A stretch of 64,000 nucleotides of DNA from Octopus vulgaris (lineage: Eukaryota), in the NCBI GenBank assembly GCA_951406725.2, contig OX597816.1, positions 126,790,001-126,854,000 on the forward strand, in the 5' to 3' direction. A program made the position numbers and the translations under genes. The first letter of the stretch is position 1. Every line of letters begins with the position of its first letter. Below are positions 51,079-64,000 of this stretch, in pieces. Below the pieces are notes generated by a model, which made no database searches, was not told where the DNA came from, and was given only the letters and a program-made list of their open reading frames with translations.

Positions 51079-51602
51079 CAGTAGTCTCCAATCTTTTTTA
51101 TACCATTGACTGGCTTCATGCCAGACAATCTTTCCATGGACTAGTAGTGGCACATATGTGTAATTTAAGTGCATTTGAATAAAGAGAGCCATAATAAAAA
51201 GAGCAAAGGGAAGAAAAAGTGTCTAATCTTTTGATTCTCATGTACGAAAATTCTTTGAAATTTGAAAATTAGTTGGGATTAGAAAATTAGTTGAAAAGAA
51301 TTGCAAATGAATAAAAATATACATTGATTGTGAAATGTACTTACAGTTATGATAGATAGGAAAGGTAGACGTAAAATACATATTAATTATAAAAGTATGC
51401 ATTAATTATAAAATGTACTTACAGTTATGATAGATAGTATTGAGTAGATGAATATTGAATATTTAAACAAATCTTTTAAAATTAAAGTCCATTATTCAAT
51501 TTATATATTATGTAATTTCAAACAAGTTTATTTCTTTGCAGCCCAGTAGCAAATGATCCACGGACTGGTAGCAGTCTGCAGCCTAGTAGTTGGGGATCTC
51601 TG
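51079..51602. mobile_element. hAT-Charlie MITE with MER1-like termini
   Basis: TIRs cagtagtctccaa / ttggggatctctg; 8-bp TSD tcttacat (51071-51078) / ccttacat (51603-51610). Confidence 0.85.
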
Positions 51603-52763
51603 CCTTACATTCCAAAAAACATTGTGCTGCACACTAGAAATGGATTAACTCACATTTTCAGTGCATGTGTTGTTAAGCAAACTTTAACAGTTTTATTCAG
51701 TTCAGGTTTCTGGACAATATAAATAGCTGTAAGTTTCAACTCTCACTTTGGGCAAAGATGAATTTACCTATTCTGATGAAAGTGCAAGATAGAAACTGGT
51801 CAAATTGATGTCACTTTACTTTCTTTTCTGCTCATGGAGTGATAAAACCTGTGACATAACTACTTTGCTTACTCTTTGTAGTGAGGTTAAAACTGTATGT
51901 TTATTAAAAAGGTTTTGCAGGGGTCTAAAGTCTTCCTTGGTTTTATTACTGAAACATGCATACCACCATGCAATATATGTTGTGTGTTCACTCATGGAAA
52001 TAATACAAGACAAAAACTTTAAAAATAACAGCAAGACTTTATTCTTCCAGTTGTACAGTGGATCAAGAAAGAAGCATCACGAATTCTGGTGGTTGTAGTT
52101 CCTCCATCATTTAGATACTTTAGCTTGGGTCGATGTTGGTTACATCTGCTCCTTTATATTAATTTTACTCTGGTGAATAACAGCAGGACATCAATATAAC
52201 TCGCCTTCATGCAAATCACTCACCACTCTGCTTGTAGATATTAAGTCGCACCAATTTATAGAAAGAAAAGCTCCAGAGCACATATGGATTAGTTGTTTGA
52301 GAATATATTACACACAATATGATTGGACCTTCAATCCAAATCCCATACAATATTCAACCAATGTTCAAATTTCACATGATAGGTAATACTTCACAGATTA
52401 ACATGCTGAGTCTACATCAGGTTAATATGTTCAATATGCCATAATAGAAATTGGTCTCACTACAAAGGTATATTTTATATTTCATAAAAAATATCTGTAG
52501 TGCACTATAAATGAATTACTATATAATTTATATTGTATATAAGTTATAAATGGCCTAATGGTTAATGAATGTGCTATTATAGTATTTAAATTCTACAGCA
52601 TTTAGAATTTTGCTTTTCACTTTATACCAACTGTTTTTTGTTTATGTTAAGGAAAATATGATTCTCCTGTTTTTTAATTACATTATTGCATTCTGCTCAA
52701 CAAGTCAATGTAATTATCTGAATCAGCTATTAAATGCAACAGCAGAAATGTAGCACTACTAAA

Positions 52764-52987
52764 AGCTGGCAGAAACGTTAGCAAGCCAGGCGAAATGCTT
52801 AGCGGTATTTTGTCTGCTGTTACGTTCTGAGTTTAAATTCTGCCAAGGTCGACTTTGCCTTTCATCCTTTCGGGATCGATAAATTAAGTACCAGTTACAC
52901 ACTGGGGTAGATGTAATCGATTTAATCCCTTTGTCTGTCCTAGTTTGTCCCCTCTATGTTTAGTCCCTTGTGGGCAATAAAAAAATA
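52764..52987 (+). mobile_element. SINE family B copy with 14-bp TSD
   Basis: TSD aaatgtagcactac (52746-52759) / aaatatagcactac (52990-53003). Confidence 0.92.
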
Positions 52988-53041
52988 ACAAATATAGCAC
53001 TACAAATTAAAATACTGAACTCATTGACTCAAAATGTTCCT

Positions 53042-53420
53042 GGTGCAGGAGTGGCTGTGTGGTAAGAAGTTTACTTCCCAACCACATGGTTCTGGGTTCA
53101 GTCCCACTGCATGGCACCTTGGGCAAGTGTCTTCTACTATAGTCTTGGGCTGACCAAAGCCTTGTGAGTGGATTTGGTGGGTGGAAACTGAAAGAAGCCT
53201 GTTGTATACATGTATATATATATGTGTGTGTGTGTGTCCCAACACCGCATGACAACCGATGCTGGTGTGTTTACATCTCCGTAACTTAGTGGTTCAGCAA
53301 AAGAGATTGATAGAATAAGTACTAGGCTTACAAAGAATAAGTCCTGGGGTCGATTTCCTCGACTAAAGGCAGTGCTCCAGCATGGCCGCAGTCAAATGAC
53401 TGAAACAATTAAAAGAGTAA
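53042..53420 (+). mobile_element. SINE family A, full length
   Basis: ggtgcaggagtggctgtgtggtaag...gggttcagtccc...ccttgggcaagtgtc...cagcatggccgcagtcaaatgactgaaac. Confidence 0.92.
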
Positions 53421-56400
53421 TATAACAGATAAGAATTTTTTTTTTACCTTATGCTCAAAAGCGTCTCCAGCCAAATAGACAAATTATTGATTGTTTTCTT
53501 CTAACTTGTTTTCTCAGATGCACTCCACCAGGAATATATTTTACTGTACAAAATTGTGATACATTTACAAATATTTTATTCTGCAGCTTCTGTAATGTAT
53601 CATCTTTGATTGATATCTGATAACAAGCATGCTTACAAATGCCTATGCAGAAATCGTTTGGTATTTTTGTTAAAGAACTTAAATGTCCTGAAACTATCCT
53701 AAATATAAAGTCTTACAGCACCTAATTTCCTTTGACAACTATTTGATATATTTATATTGTATTATAAAGGATTTATTTACTGGTAGTCACCAAGGGTAAC
53801 AGGTTTACAAATGCTCTGAAACTATTCAAAATATAATGCCTTACAGCCCCAGATGAGGACTTTTTCACATATTTACACTTATTATAAAATAATTATTTAC
53901 TATCCTGGTAAAGAGAATTGGATGTTTACTCATTTTTTTTTCTTTCAATAGCAAATACTACTGAAATCAATAAAAATTCTTTTTTCTCACTGCATACAAA
54001 CTTATTTCAGGACCAGATATTTTGGCCAATCTCTAATACCCAGCACTATATAGTTCTGAAATCTTCTGTACACACACGTGCACATACACACACATGCGCG
54101 CACACATACACACACACACACACACACACAAATTTTCAGTTTCTGAATATTTTTAGAGTTCCTCAGCTTCATTTAGATAACGATTTCTGCTTCAATCACT
54201 CATGTTTTTTTTTTCCATCTAGCATCTGTTTTTAATATAATTTTCGTATCAAATCTGTTAATGTCACTTGGGTACCTCATTTAACGTACAGTTTTACCTG
54301 TCATTGCAATATGTCTCGTAATAATCCAAAATTTTCACCTCTAACATTCTGGATGATTTTTTTATATAAACTTCCATTTCCTTTCAATCTTTCGTATTTC
54401 TATCTCTCTGTATATAAAGCAAAAGTATAGAAACTTAGTGATACAAAAGTCACTTCAGAGTCTTATTTTCCTTCTATTGACTACTTCCTTAAGCAACGAA
54501 GAAATTTTTTTATTAAAAAAAATCCTGACTTCATGATAGTAATCTTTAAGTTAACACTATTTCACTTTCACTCTATTGGTAAATGATATTTGTTTACACT
54601 AAAAATAAAACTGATTTCATGTCAGGAATCATGATAATTTTCTTCTCACGTGCAATGATTTTTTTTTTATATCATTTTTATTTTCACTGAGAACTATCAA
54701 TATATTTTTCACTTACATTTTCCAAAACTCTTTCCTACTTATAAAAGCTTCTATTTCATTGGTGCCTACAGACACAATTTTGCATTTTATAAGCCATTAG
54801 ATTTCAACAACATAACTAATAGAAAAGCTTTTTCCTAAGTGCTGTGTCTAGACCTTTCCAAGACTCCACTAGTTCCACATTGTTGCGAAGTATCATTAGC
54901 AAAGTATAAATGAATAAATAAATTGAAGTGGAGGTAAAAGTAGGAATAAAGTCAAAACTATAATTTAAACAATAAATAAATAAAAGTTCCATTTAATTGA
55001 ATTTCATCAGTATGAATTATCAACAACATTTCTTAAACTATAATTAGATCTCTGGAAATTTCTTGTTAGTAGTGAAAGTTTGTTCTTTTATTTTTGTTTG
55101 TTTTTATTTTACTGCTACATTTCTTGAAGCTAGCATATCGGCAACTGAATAATTAATTAACTTATTATTGCCATGTTGCTGTTTAGCTTGAAATCAAACT
55201 CTGTAAATTAAAAGAAAATAACAAGTAACAACTGTTTTCTGATCCTTTTCAATACTGTCCAGATAAAGACAAGTATAACATTTGTCTCTTCATTTGCAAC
55301 ACCACGAATTATGTAGCCCCAAGTCCACTATGTAAGCTTTCAATACTTTGGTTGCACCTTTGCTAATATAATATACTACACTGAATGCCTTCACCACTAT
55401 GCTTCCTTATGCTTTGTATATAGGTTATACCAGTTTCCATACATGTAATATTTCTATACTTGTGATATTGTAACATCAACAATAATATTCTCAGTTAACT
55501 GTGACCCCCAGTTAAATTCTCTTAGCCACTGTTTTCGTGCTTCATCTTTGAAAATGGAGTTCATCAATGCCATGGTTTAAAGGCAACCTGCCAACTTAGA
55601 GAACAACAGCTTATTTTCTAGCTGGAAAACAGTCACCTCTAAATTCTTTAATTTTTCCACTCACTTCACTCTGTTGCTTGGTTATTCCTCAATGTATTAT
55701 GTGCTTGTTTTCCTTACTATTTTCTGTGTAATCCTCACAGCTGTGTCTCAATAACTAACCATCTTTTTCCCTGACTCAAACTGCACTATTTCCTCTTGGC
55801 ATTGACTGCTTAGCTCCCTTCCCATTACCTCTCAAACTGCATTCGCTTTTCCTACATTTCTCATTCATGGGGATTACCTTATCATCCACATCCTGTTTTT
55901 AACAAAATTTCACTACTTCTTTTTCACATTTGCTGGATTTTATTTGAAGATTACACTATATTAAAAGACTATAACCCAAAATGTCAGCTTTTCCACTCCC
56001 CACAGCAACCAAAGTTATTGACATTCAACAAAATCTCTGGCATTTTTCATTTCAGAGTCTGATTTGGTTCATTTGCACATGATCAATACTGAAATGAATG
56101 GCCAATATCTAAATTATATTTGGTATGTTAAATTTTGTAAATGGCTACTAAGTGTTAGATTTGACTATCTTTAGTCTCGAAATGTGTTAACAACTTGTTG
56201 AATCTTTTATATAACATCTAAAAATAGAATTACAATAGATTAATCATTGCTAAGAGGACAATAACTTAAACAATCTGTGACTGCTTCATCAAGTAATTAG
56301 TCATGATAACAAAATTAGATATTTAATCACTTATCACAGAAAGTTATATTTATTCAAGAGAACTGAACTCCTCTTGCTTATATATTAAATTCAAAACCAC

Positions 56401-56767
56401 CTCATTTAGATAAGATCAAAATGTGGATCCAGTATAATACATGCAGTAAAAGTTAAATATGTTTTCATAAAATATATAAAATAACCTAAAATCTTCAAAA
56501 CTACTGCATGAAAGCTACAACCAATTAGTAGTTTTTAGTCTTTAGTTAGGCTTTATTTTAGTTAAATTAAAGTAGAGGAGTAGTTTTTGTAACCACTGCA
56601 GGCCATCAAGACCAGATAAGAAACCTTAGAGAAATGTCAGATCAGCTTTGATTGACAGACTTATGATCAAAGGTATTCCAGCTGCATTCTTCCTATCTTT
56701 ATTGTATAACTAAAACTACATGGCTCTTCAATTTTTAAGATGGTGAGCAAGATTTAACAGTTATTTA

Positions 56768-57577
56768 GGATCTTTTCGGTTTGAACGGCAGTTTTTAACA
56801 TATTTTCTAGGTAACTAAAAAATTTTAAACTTCGTATACTGGTAGAATGTGTTTATAAAACATCTTTTTCTCTTGGCTTTATTGAGAAAATTATATAGTT
56901 TGTAAGATATTTGGTCTTTAATTTCTTGCATTTCGGCAATTTCAACCAATCAATGGCCATCTATTGAGGTGAAAACATTCTGTGCCATATGAATATGTCC
57001 CTCGTTTATTTACATTTGTGAAGAAAAATAGGTACCCTTCCCCCACCCCTAACACTTACCCTAACTAACCCTAAATCTAAAATAGATTGAAATGCAATAG
57101 ATCGATTCTAGGGTCATAATTATGGGTGACAATTTCATATGACACCGCTAGAGAAAATGGCAGTTTTTTCTAGCAGTGTCATATGAACTTGTTACCCATA
57201 ATTATGACCCTAGTATCGATTTATTGCATTTCAATCTATTTTAGATTAAGGGTTAGTTAGGGTTGGTTATGGTTAGGGGTGGGGGGAAGGGTACCTATTT
57301 TTCTTCACAAATGTAAATAAACACAATCTGTTTCTTAAACGAGGGACATATTCATACGGCACAGAATGTTTTCACCTCAATAGATGGCCATTGATTGGTT
57401 GAAATTGCCGAAATGCAAGAAATTAAAGACCAAATATCTTACAAACTATATAATTTTCTCAATAAAAGCCAAGAGAAAAAGATGTTTTATAAACACATTC
57501 TACCAGTATACGAAGTTTAAAATTTTTTAGTTACCTAGAAATTATGTTAAAAACTGCCGTTCAAACCGAAAAGATCT
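56768..57577. mobile_element. 810-bp foldback (inverted dimer) non-autonomous DNA transposon with internal telomere-like repeats
   Basis: Arms 56768-~57157 and ~57164-57577 are reverse complements; termini ggatcttttcggtttgaacggcag / ctgccgttcaaaccgaaaagatct; exact flanking 8-mer gttattta at 56760-56767 and 57578-57585. Confidence 0.92.
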
Positions 57578-60308
57578 GTTATTTATACAAGAAAAACAAG
57601 TTCACAGAGTCTCTTCTGTCGGCTTGTAGAGTTTAAAGTTCAAGGTTTAATGTGTATGAGGAAAACTCAATAAAAGGAGAATGTTAGTATGGAGTTTTTA
57701 GTCAGGTGTTACAACTTGAAATGCAATAACAGGGTCAAGAAGATTAAAGAGAAATATAATAAGTTTTGGTAGGAGTGGTGTAGAATTATCAGCATCAGAT
57801 AACAGCAGAAGAAGCAGTGGGAAAATTCAGTACTACAGAGTTTCTGTGGGCAAGTAGCTAAATAATGTTGATTGGAGTCAAGGTGTAATAGGGATCATCA
57901 CTGCTGCATGAATAGTGTTTATATGCAAGGTATGCTAGGGTTAACAACTGTTCAGGTTTGAAATATTTCACAATGCAATTTTGACTATATTTTGTATTCA
58001 TAGTTGCCATGAATGGTTATTTGATATTGTCAGGTATTTGTTTCTAAACAGTATGAAGGTATATTTTTCAGGGTATATTTTCTTCCTATATACAATCAAT
58101 GTCTTGTATAATTGAATACAACTGTGTCATCATGATCTCTGTACAGTCTCTTTACCTAAAAGAGCAACTAGATATCTTTCACTGTTTTCTTCATGGTAAT
58201 AATTATAATTAATTTTGTAGCTTTACTGAACTTCATATTCATTTATTTGTTTGCTTATTAATTATTGCTGAGACCATTTAGTTGGCTTCATTGAAAATAG
58301 GATGTACTTCTCACCTACATTTTCCTAACTTATCAGATTAACATTTTATGAAATTTATATGACTACAAATTTTATACATTGTAATTTTATATATTTTAGT
58401 AGCTGGTGTCTAGGTATCTATCTAACTTTACCATGTCTATTTTTATGATACACATTTAAAAATATTGTTTCATCTTTTAAAATAATCAGATTTGAAATAT
58501 TTTATATAGTTTCTATGCATATTTGAGATACTTACTATAAAATAGATTCTAACAAGCCTATATTATAACTTTCATTGTGAAATGAAACATACATAAAAAA
58601 TAAATGATTAACTGATTATGAGACAGAAGATATCCTCACTTTGAATATTGCATAACTCTTCTTCTTCACTTGCAGTATCTGATTTCCCTTTAAACATAAT
58701 GAGTGAATATTCATAAAACATAGCAATTTTCAATCAACTCATAGCCACATATTTAGATCTCTTTTTCTAAAAGATTTGAGAAACCATACATGATTGATCA
58801 ATGATTCACCAGTTAAACCATTTCTGCATGCTATAAAAATATTCTTTTTTTCATGTTTATAATTAGAATATAACTGATAGCAAAAAAGTGCAATATGTAT
58901 ATATACATATACATCCATCCACAATACATACATGCATACATACATATATTAAACACTTGTAAAATCAATATAAAATAGGAGAAAATATATGAGAATTAAT
59001 ATTGAAAATAAAATATAACTGAAACACAAAATAAAATGTTAATTTATCTTCTCCAGAATGATTTCTCTCATGTATTTATAACCAGTGTACATATTTTGGA
59101 GTCTAATATAAATTTTATATTTCCCACTCTTTGCAAAAAATTCTGAAGAAAAACTTAGCATTATTATATTCGCATCAGATGTAGTCCAGTATAAATCAAA
59201 TAATTCACACATCTATGCTATCATATCTGACTTCATACTTCTTGATGAATGGAATTTTCCTACTGGGCATCGTTTTAAATCATAACTTTAAATATCAATA
59301 TGTTGTATGCTGAAAGATTTAAAGTTTATGACAACATACTGTCTTTACAACTTAATTTTTTTCTTTTAAGCATGTTTCTGATACTGGTGCAGGTAGAACA
59401 GGTATATGAAATTTTTAATGAAAGCAATGGAGAAAAATCATAAACTGGAGGGTGAAGTTACTCTGTAAAGGTAACATTTTTCTTCTAAAATCATACTCAG
59501 ATAACCAGCCTTCTGACATGTTAGAGGGTTTTTAATATTTTGATATGAAATTGATACATTTATGTGAGGTAATATTTCACATAATCATATACATTCACTA
59601 TATCAGATGTATGAGAATAGCAATCTTTATTAACAAATATCAGTTCCTATAAATAGTGAGGAACTGATAGGAGATAAAGCACCTTTGGGCTCAGGAAACG
59701 AAATCTGATATTCAATGTAGTTTCAGATATGCTAAACATATTGACTTCCCTAGAAAAGTTATTGTCAATGATAAATATAAAGAGCATTGTTATATACTGT
59801 GATATTTTCAGTTGATTGCCATACATGAGTAGTGAGATAAAAAGTTTCTTAATGTTCCTCTGTTTTCCTTAAACTTGCTTTGAAATAACCTCCATTTCAC
59901 ATTTATACATGTGTGGGTATATATTTATGTATATATGAATACACACACACACACACACGTGTATATATACTATATATATGTCTGTATATTATGTGTGTGT
60001 TTGTATATTGAATATGTGTGTTTCTCTCTTTCTCCTCTCTCTTTCTCTTTCTTTCTCCTTTCTCTCTCTCTTTCTCTCTCTCCCTCTATGTATATACACA
60101 CATACACACACAAGCATATATATATATATATACATTTATATATTTATATTTATTTAATGTGGTTTATTAATCATAACATAAATCACTGTTTAGAATTCTA
60201 TAAATCAATTATACTTCAAAAGATACATATGAGAAGATCACTGTATATACCGTTTACCCTCAGCCAACCATACCCTATGGTTGGTGTTCTCCACTATCAA
60301 CTTATTTA

Positions 60309-60355
<47 letters not shown>

Positions 60356-60559
60356 GTACACACATACACACACACTTGTGTAAGTGTATGAATATCTTAT
60401 ATTTGCTAAATTTCCTTAAATGAGGTATGCATAAATTGAAAACTAACCTTCAAAATGAGAAAAAAAAAGGAAAGGAAGAGAAGAAAAGGTGTAATGATCA
60501 TTATGATATATGCAAACTTTCTAAATAAACAAAAGTATATGACAAAGTACCGAGATACC

Positions 60560-60915
60560 TGGTGCTTGCTATACACACAAGAAGACCCGTACTCCACACT
60601 GGTGAAAAGGATTGGCCTGCAAGAGTCCTGTGCCAATTCCATGTCAAAAACACTTGTGTTGGTGTCATGTAAAAGTGTTTGTGTGGTGCCATGTAAAAGC
60701 ACCCAGCAAATTCTGTAAGGTAGTTGATGTTAGGAAGGGTATCCAGCCATAGAAACCATGCCAAATCAGACTGGAGCTTGGTACAGCTCTCCAGCTTGCC
60801 AACTCTGGTCAAACTGTCCAACCCATACCAGCATAGACTAATGACATTAAATGATGATGAGGATGACAGTGATGATAATGATGATGACGATGACCATGAT
60901 GATGATGATGATGAT
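60560..60915 (+). mobile_element. SINE-like family C copy with long (GAT)n tail
   Basis: Repeated gtgccatgtaaaagcacc units then ttaggaagggtatccagccatagaaacc. Confidence 0.8.
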
Positions 60916-61385
60916 ATGCAATGTAAAAGTACCTAATGTTGACCAAATAATATGTGATATCTCAAGGTCACTCAACCTGTGAACAAACAATCTAAATGTC
61001 TGTAATTTCAGCAAAGTAGAAGAAAAAGCTTTAAATCTTATAAGAACTGATCAGTGACTAAATTTCTAACAGTTACTTAGAAACTGTGTCAGTAACCAAG
61101 CTGCAGTTGCGTGACAAAAATTTTAATACCTTAAAATATAAATGGAAAGGAATTTAGCAGTTTTTGTGTGGTTTTAAACACAGTTTCAATGCATGATCTG
61201 AGATAAGTAAATTTGTGAGAACAGTGCTACTATTTTATTTTCCTAAGTATTTGAGAAGCCTTTTATGACATGGTTTGAATTATAATTGAAGATATTTATT
61301 GTTATTATCCTGTGTATATTTCATACTCTGAATTTATGTCAGAACAATGTTATAAAAAATTGGATCATTTATATACTTATATTGT

Positions 61386-61612
61386 GGAGGCGCAATGGCC
61401 CAGTGGTTAGGGCAGCAGACTCGCAGTCGTAGGATCACGGTTTCAATTCCCAGACCAGGCGTTGTGAGTGTTTATTGAGCGAAAACACCTAAATCTCCAC
61501 GAGGCTTCAGCAGGGGATGGTGGTGATCCCTGATGTACTCTTTATATATGGCGGTGCCCCAGCATGGCCACAACTCGTGAGCTGAAACTAGATGAAATAA
61601 AAAAAAAAAAGA
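61386..61612 (+). mobile_element. tRNA-derived SINE family E (internally shortened) with LINE-like tail and poly(A)
   Basis: A box tggcccagtgg, B-box-like ggtttcaattccc; tail ggcggtgccccagcatggccacaactcgtgagctgaaacta + A-run. Confidence 0.85.
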
Positions 61613-62198
61613 AAAATAAACTTCTTAGTTCTCCTATTTTTTAATAGTATATTCAGTCTCAACAAATATACTATTTCACATCACTTTGTATATCTATAAT
61701 TGAAAATAATATTTAGAAATATGAACTTTCAGCACTATCATTGCTTCCACCACTGAGGAATATTTTTCTTGATTACATGTGGTTAATGCATTCTGAAATT
61801 TCAATTCTCTTCAAACACTTTTACAAAGCTCAAATGTTGGCAGAACTACTTACAGATACTATTTGTCTACTTGCACCAAAGGAAGCTTCCATAAACAATT
61901 GAAAATAATCTTTCATATGACATTCTCGATCCATTTGTATATATAATATTTCACAAGCACAAATACATCTCCCCTGTACATATTTGACAATATTTTTGAT
62001 ATTGAGTCGCTCTTTCAACTCATATATTCTTTGTCTTTCTTGGAAGTTTTGAGTAGAAAATCCAATGGTATATAACACTTCATCTCAGTTAATGAATGGC
62101 ATCTTCATTCATTGTCTATCATACATTGTTATTTCTTACTCATGCTTTATAATAATAGCTTTTCTCTCTGAGAGAGAAGCCCTTAGCTTGGTTTTGCT

Positions 62199-62860
62199 GT
62201 TGAGGAGAACCTTAACAGCTTTAAAAATAGAATTCGCAATTTTCAGTAAATTTGGGGAAGAATTTAATGCTAATGTCAAAAGTTGTAGTTCTCAAGACAC
62301 TTTTCATTCATCTCCTTCTAGATATTCTGCTCTCCCCTATTGCAGCTCTATTGTTAATTATCATATTGGTAGGACTTATCTACTATTGCCAATAAATCAA
62401 CAAGGTAATTTCTAACATTAGTTTACAGTTATACATGATCACAACTATACTTGTCAGTTTATTAAAGCCTAACAATTTATGTACATACATCCAGCAATAT
62501 CAACATGGTATTGGATTCTCCCTTATATACAGCAAAAAAAAAAAAAAAGAGAGAGAGAGATAGACAAGAAAACATATGTTGCTGTAATCTAACTAATACC
62601 TTAGTCTTGGTCATTTTAACCTCTACACTTTTTAGAATAAGCCCACATTTCTGCTCTTCATTGACACTACAATGCATGGTGAATAATGTCATTGTGAAAC
62701 AAAAGTTTCCCTAGGCATTCATTGCAGAACTTGTATTACATAGATTCAAGGAATAAAAAGGGAGAGCAAGCCCTCCTAGACATTAGCATTAAATTATTCC
62801 CCAAATTTATTGTAAATCATGAATTCTATTTTTAAAGCTGTCAAGTTTCTCTTCAACATC
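62199..62860. repeat. ~80-bp diverged inverted repeat pair (62199-62278 and 62779-62858)
   Basis: gttgaggagaaccttaacagctttaaaaatagaattc...aaatttggggaagaatttaatgctaatgtc vs gacattagcattaaattattccccaaattt...gaattctatttttaaagctgtcaagtttctcttcaac. Confidence 0.85.
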
Positions 62861-63267
62861 ATATAATGAGGCTGGAAAAATATTGCTATGCACAATGCAT
62901 GAATAACTTAGAAGAAATTATATTTGTTTTGTAAATGATGTTGACACTCATTGTCATTGTGTCATCATCAGTGTTGCCTCTAACACTTTTTCTTCAACAC
63001 TTCCACTAATGATGTTCCGCTTCTGTTAGCTTTGCTGTATCTAATGACAACAACCACTGTCATCTGTGCCACCTCTACTCTATTCTCAACATTTACTTAT
63101 GTGATAAGAATAGGAACAACCTACGGAGGTTGAAACAACCTATGGCTTTGTGGTTAAGAAGCTTACTCCATAACTCTTTATAGTTTCAAGTTTGATACTA
63201 CTTTGTTTCTCCATCAGTAAATGTCTTATATTGTAATTTTGGGTCAACCGATTCCAAATGAAATTTC

Positions 63268-63519
63268 CGTGTCAGTGACATGTAAAAGCACCAACCGGTC
63301 GTGCCTGTTTGCCAGCCTCCTCTGGCCCCTGTGCCGGTGGCATGTAAAAAACACCCACTATGCTCACGGAGTGGTTGGCATTAGGAAGGGCATCCAGCTG
63401 TAGAAACACTGCCAGAACAGACTGGAGCCTAGTACAGCCTCCTGGCTTCCCAGACCCCAGTCGAACCGTCCAACCCATGCTAGCATGGAAAACGGACGTT
63501 AAACGATGATGATGATGAT
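63268..63519 (+). mobile_element. SINE-like family C young copy, inserted into an old family-A-like fragment (from ~63142)
   Basis: High similarity to 24215-24453; (GAT)n tail. Confidence 0.9.
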
Positions 63520-64000
63520 AACCTATGTGGAAGCCTATTGAAGGGATCATTCTGTTCTTAGCTGCTAACTGATCTTTCATCTGGTTTAAGACTACCACTT
63601 GGTCCTTGAGTCTATTTAACAGAGGTTGATCTGTTGCATTCATTGAGACTATGTCCCTGGTTTGATGATAACTTCCTCCTCTCCTTCAATGACTAACATA
63701 ACAGATTAGACTATTCATCTAGATTTAATGTCATAATCACTTTCAAGACTACAAAGCTTGGAACTTGGCTAAGAGTTTTTCTATATCAGCAAATTAAATA
63801 GATTTCATCACATTTGTCAGCTGCTCAACTTGCTTTTGATTTTAGATCTTGGCACAGAACAAAAACTGTATTCATTCAACTATCATTGATGTGAGAATAA
63901 ATCTTACATGTCAACTATAATTGATATGTAAGATTTACTCTTATGTATAGCCTTTGTAGCTTTGATAATTGTATCTATATATTAGAACTTGCAAAAGAAA

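Noticed and set aside
51768-51806. CTGATGA..GAAACTGGTC hammerhead-like spacing
   Set aside because: Stem II cannot pair and stem I is only 2 bp; at best a heavily decayed relic.
57045-57280. Telomere or chromosome-fusion site
   Set aside because: Only a few degenerate TTAGGG-like units, internal to a TSD-flanked transposon.
59372-59410. Possible exon HVSDTGAGRTG resembling the PTP signature
   Set aside because: Lacks the catalytic Cys context, stop follows immediately if unspliced, and no other PTP exons were found.
59911-60423. 170-aa ORF and similar YIYI/THTH/CVCV ORFs across the window
   Set aside because: Translations of dinucleotide microsatellites.
63540-63850. Minus-strand coiled-coil-like peptide (LNRLKDQVVVLNQMKDQLAAKN)
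   Set aside because: Short, surrounded by stops, and the ORF runs into a SINE; possibly a LINE ORF1 relic but not supportable.

Overview
AT-rich, CpG-depleted, microsatellite-laden eukaryotic DNA. The SINE families and (TA)n/(CA)n/(CATA)n/(GAT)n content look like an octopus/cephalopod genome (inference from repeat style). No intact host gene is supportable; nearly all listed ORFs are translations of microsatellites or SINEs. The window is intronic or intergenic and densely filled with transposons: two decayed full-length Tc1 elements, a deleted mariner, two hAT MITEs with 8-bp TSDs, RTE and CR1-like LINE fragments, and about five SINE families. It also holds a ~3.2-kb decayed Penelope-like retroelement with an inverted terminal copy. 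The most interesting signals are RNA/DNA structures: (i) several type-I hammerhead ribozyme motifs of different families, three clustered at 22.6-23.9 kb, including a perfect 82-bp-arm palindrome with one hammerhead on each strand; (ii) a 67-bp-period array of hairpin+pseudoknot-capable units in a SINE-like element; (iii) an 810-bp foldback element with internal TTAGGG-like repeats and an 8-bp TSD; (iv) an 87-bp-arm palindrome with reciprocal CpG decay. All calls were made by eye, without database searches.
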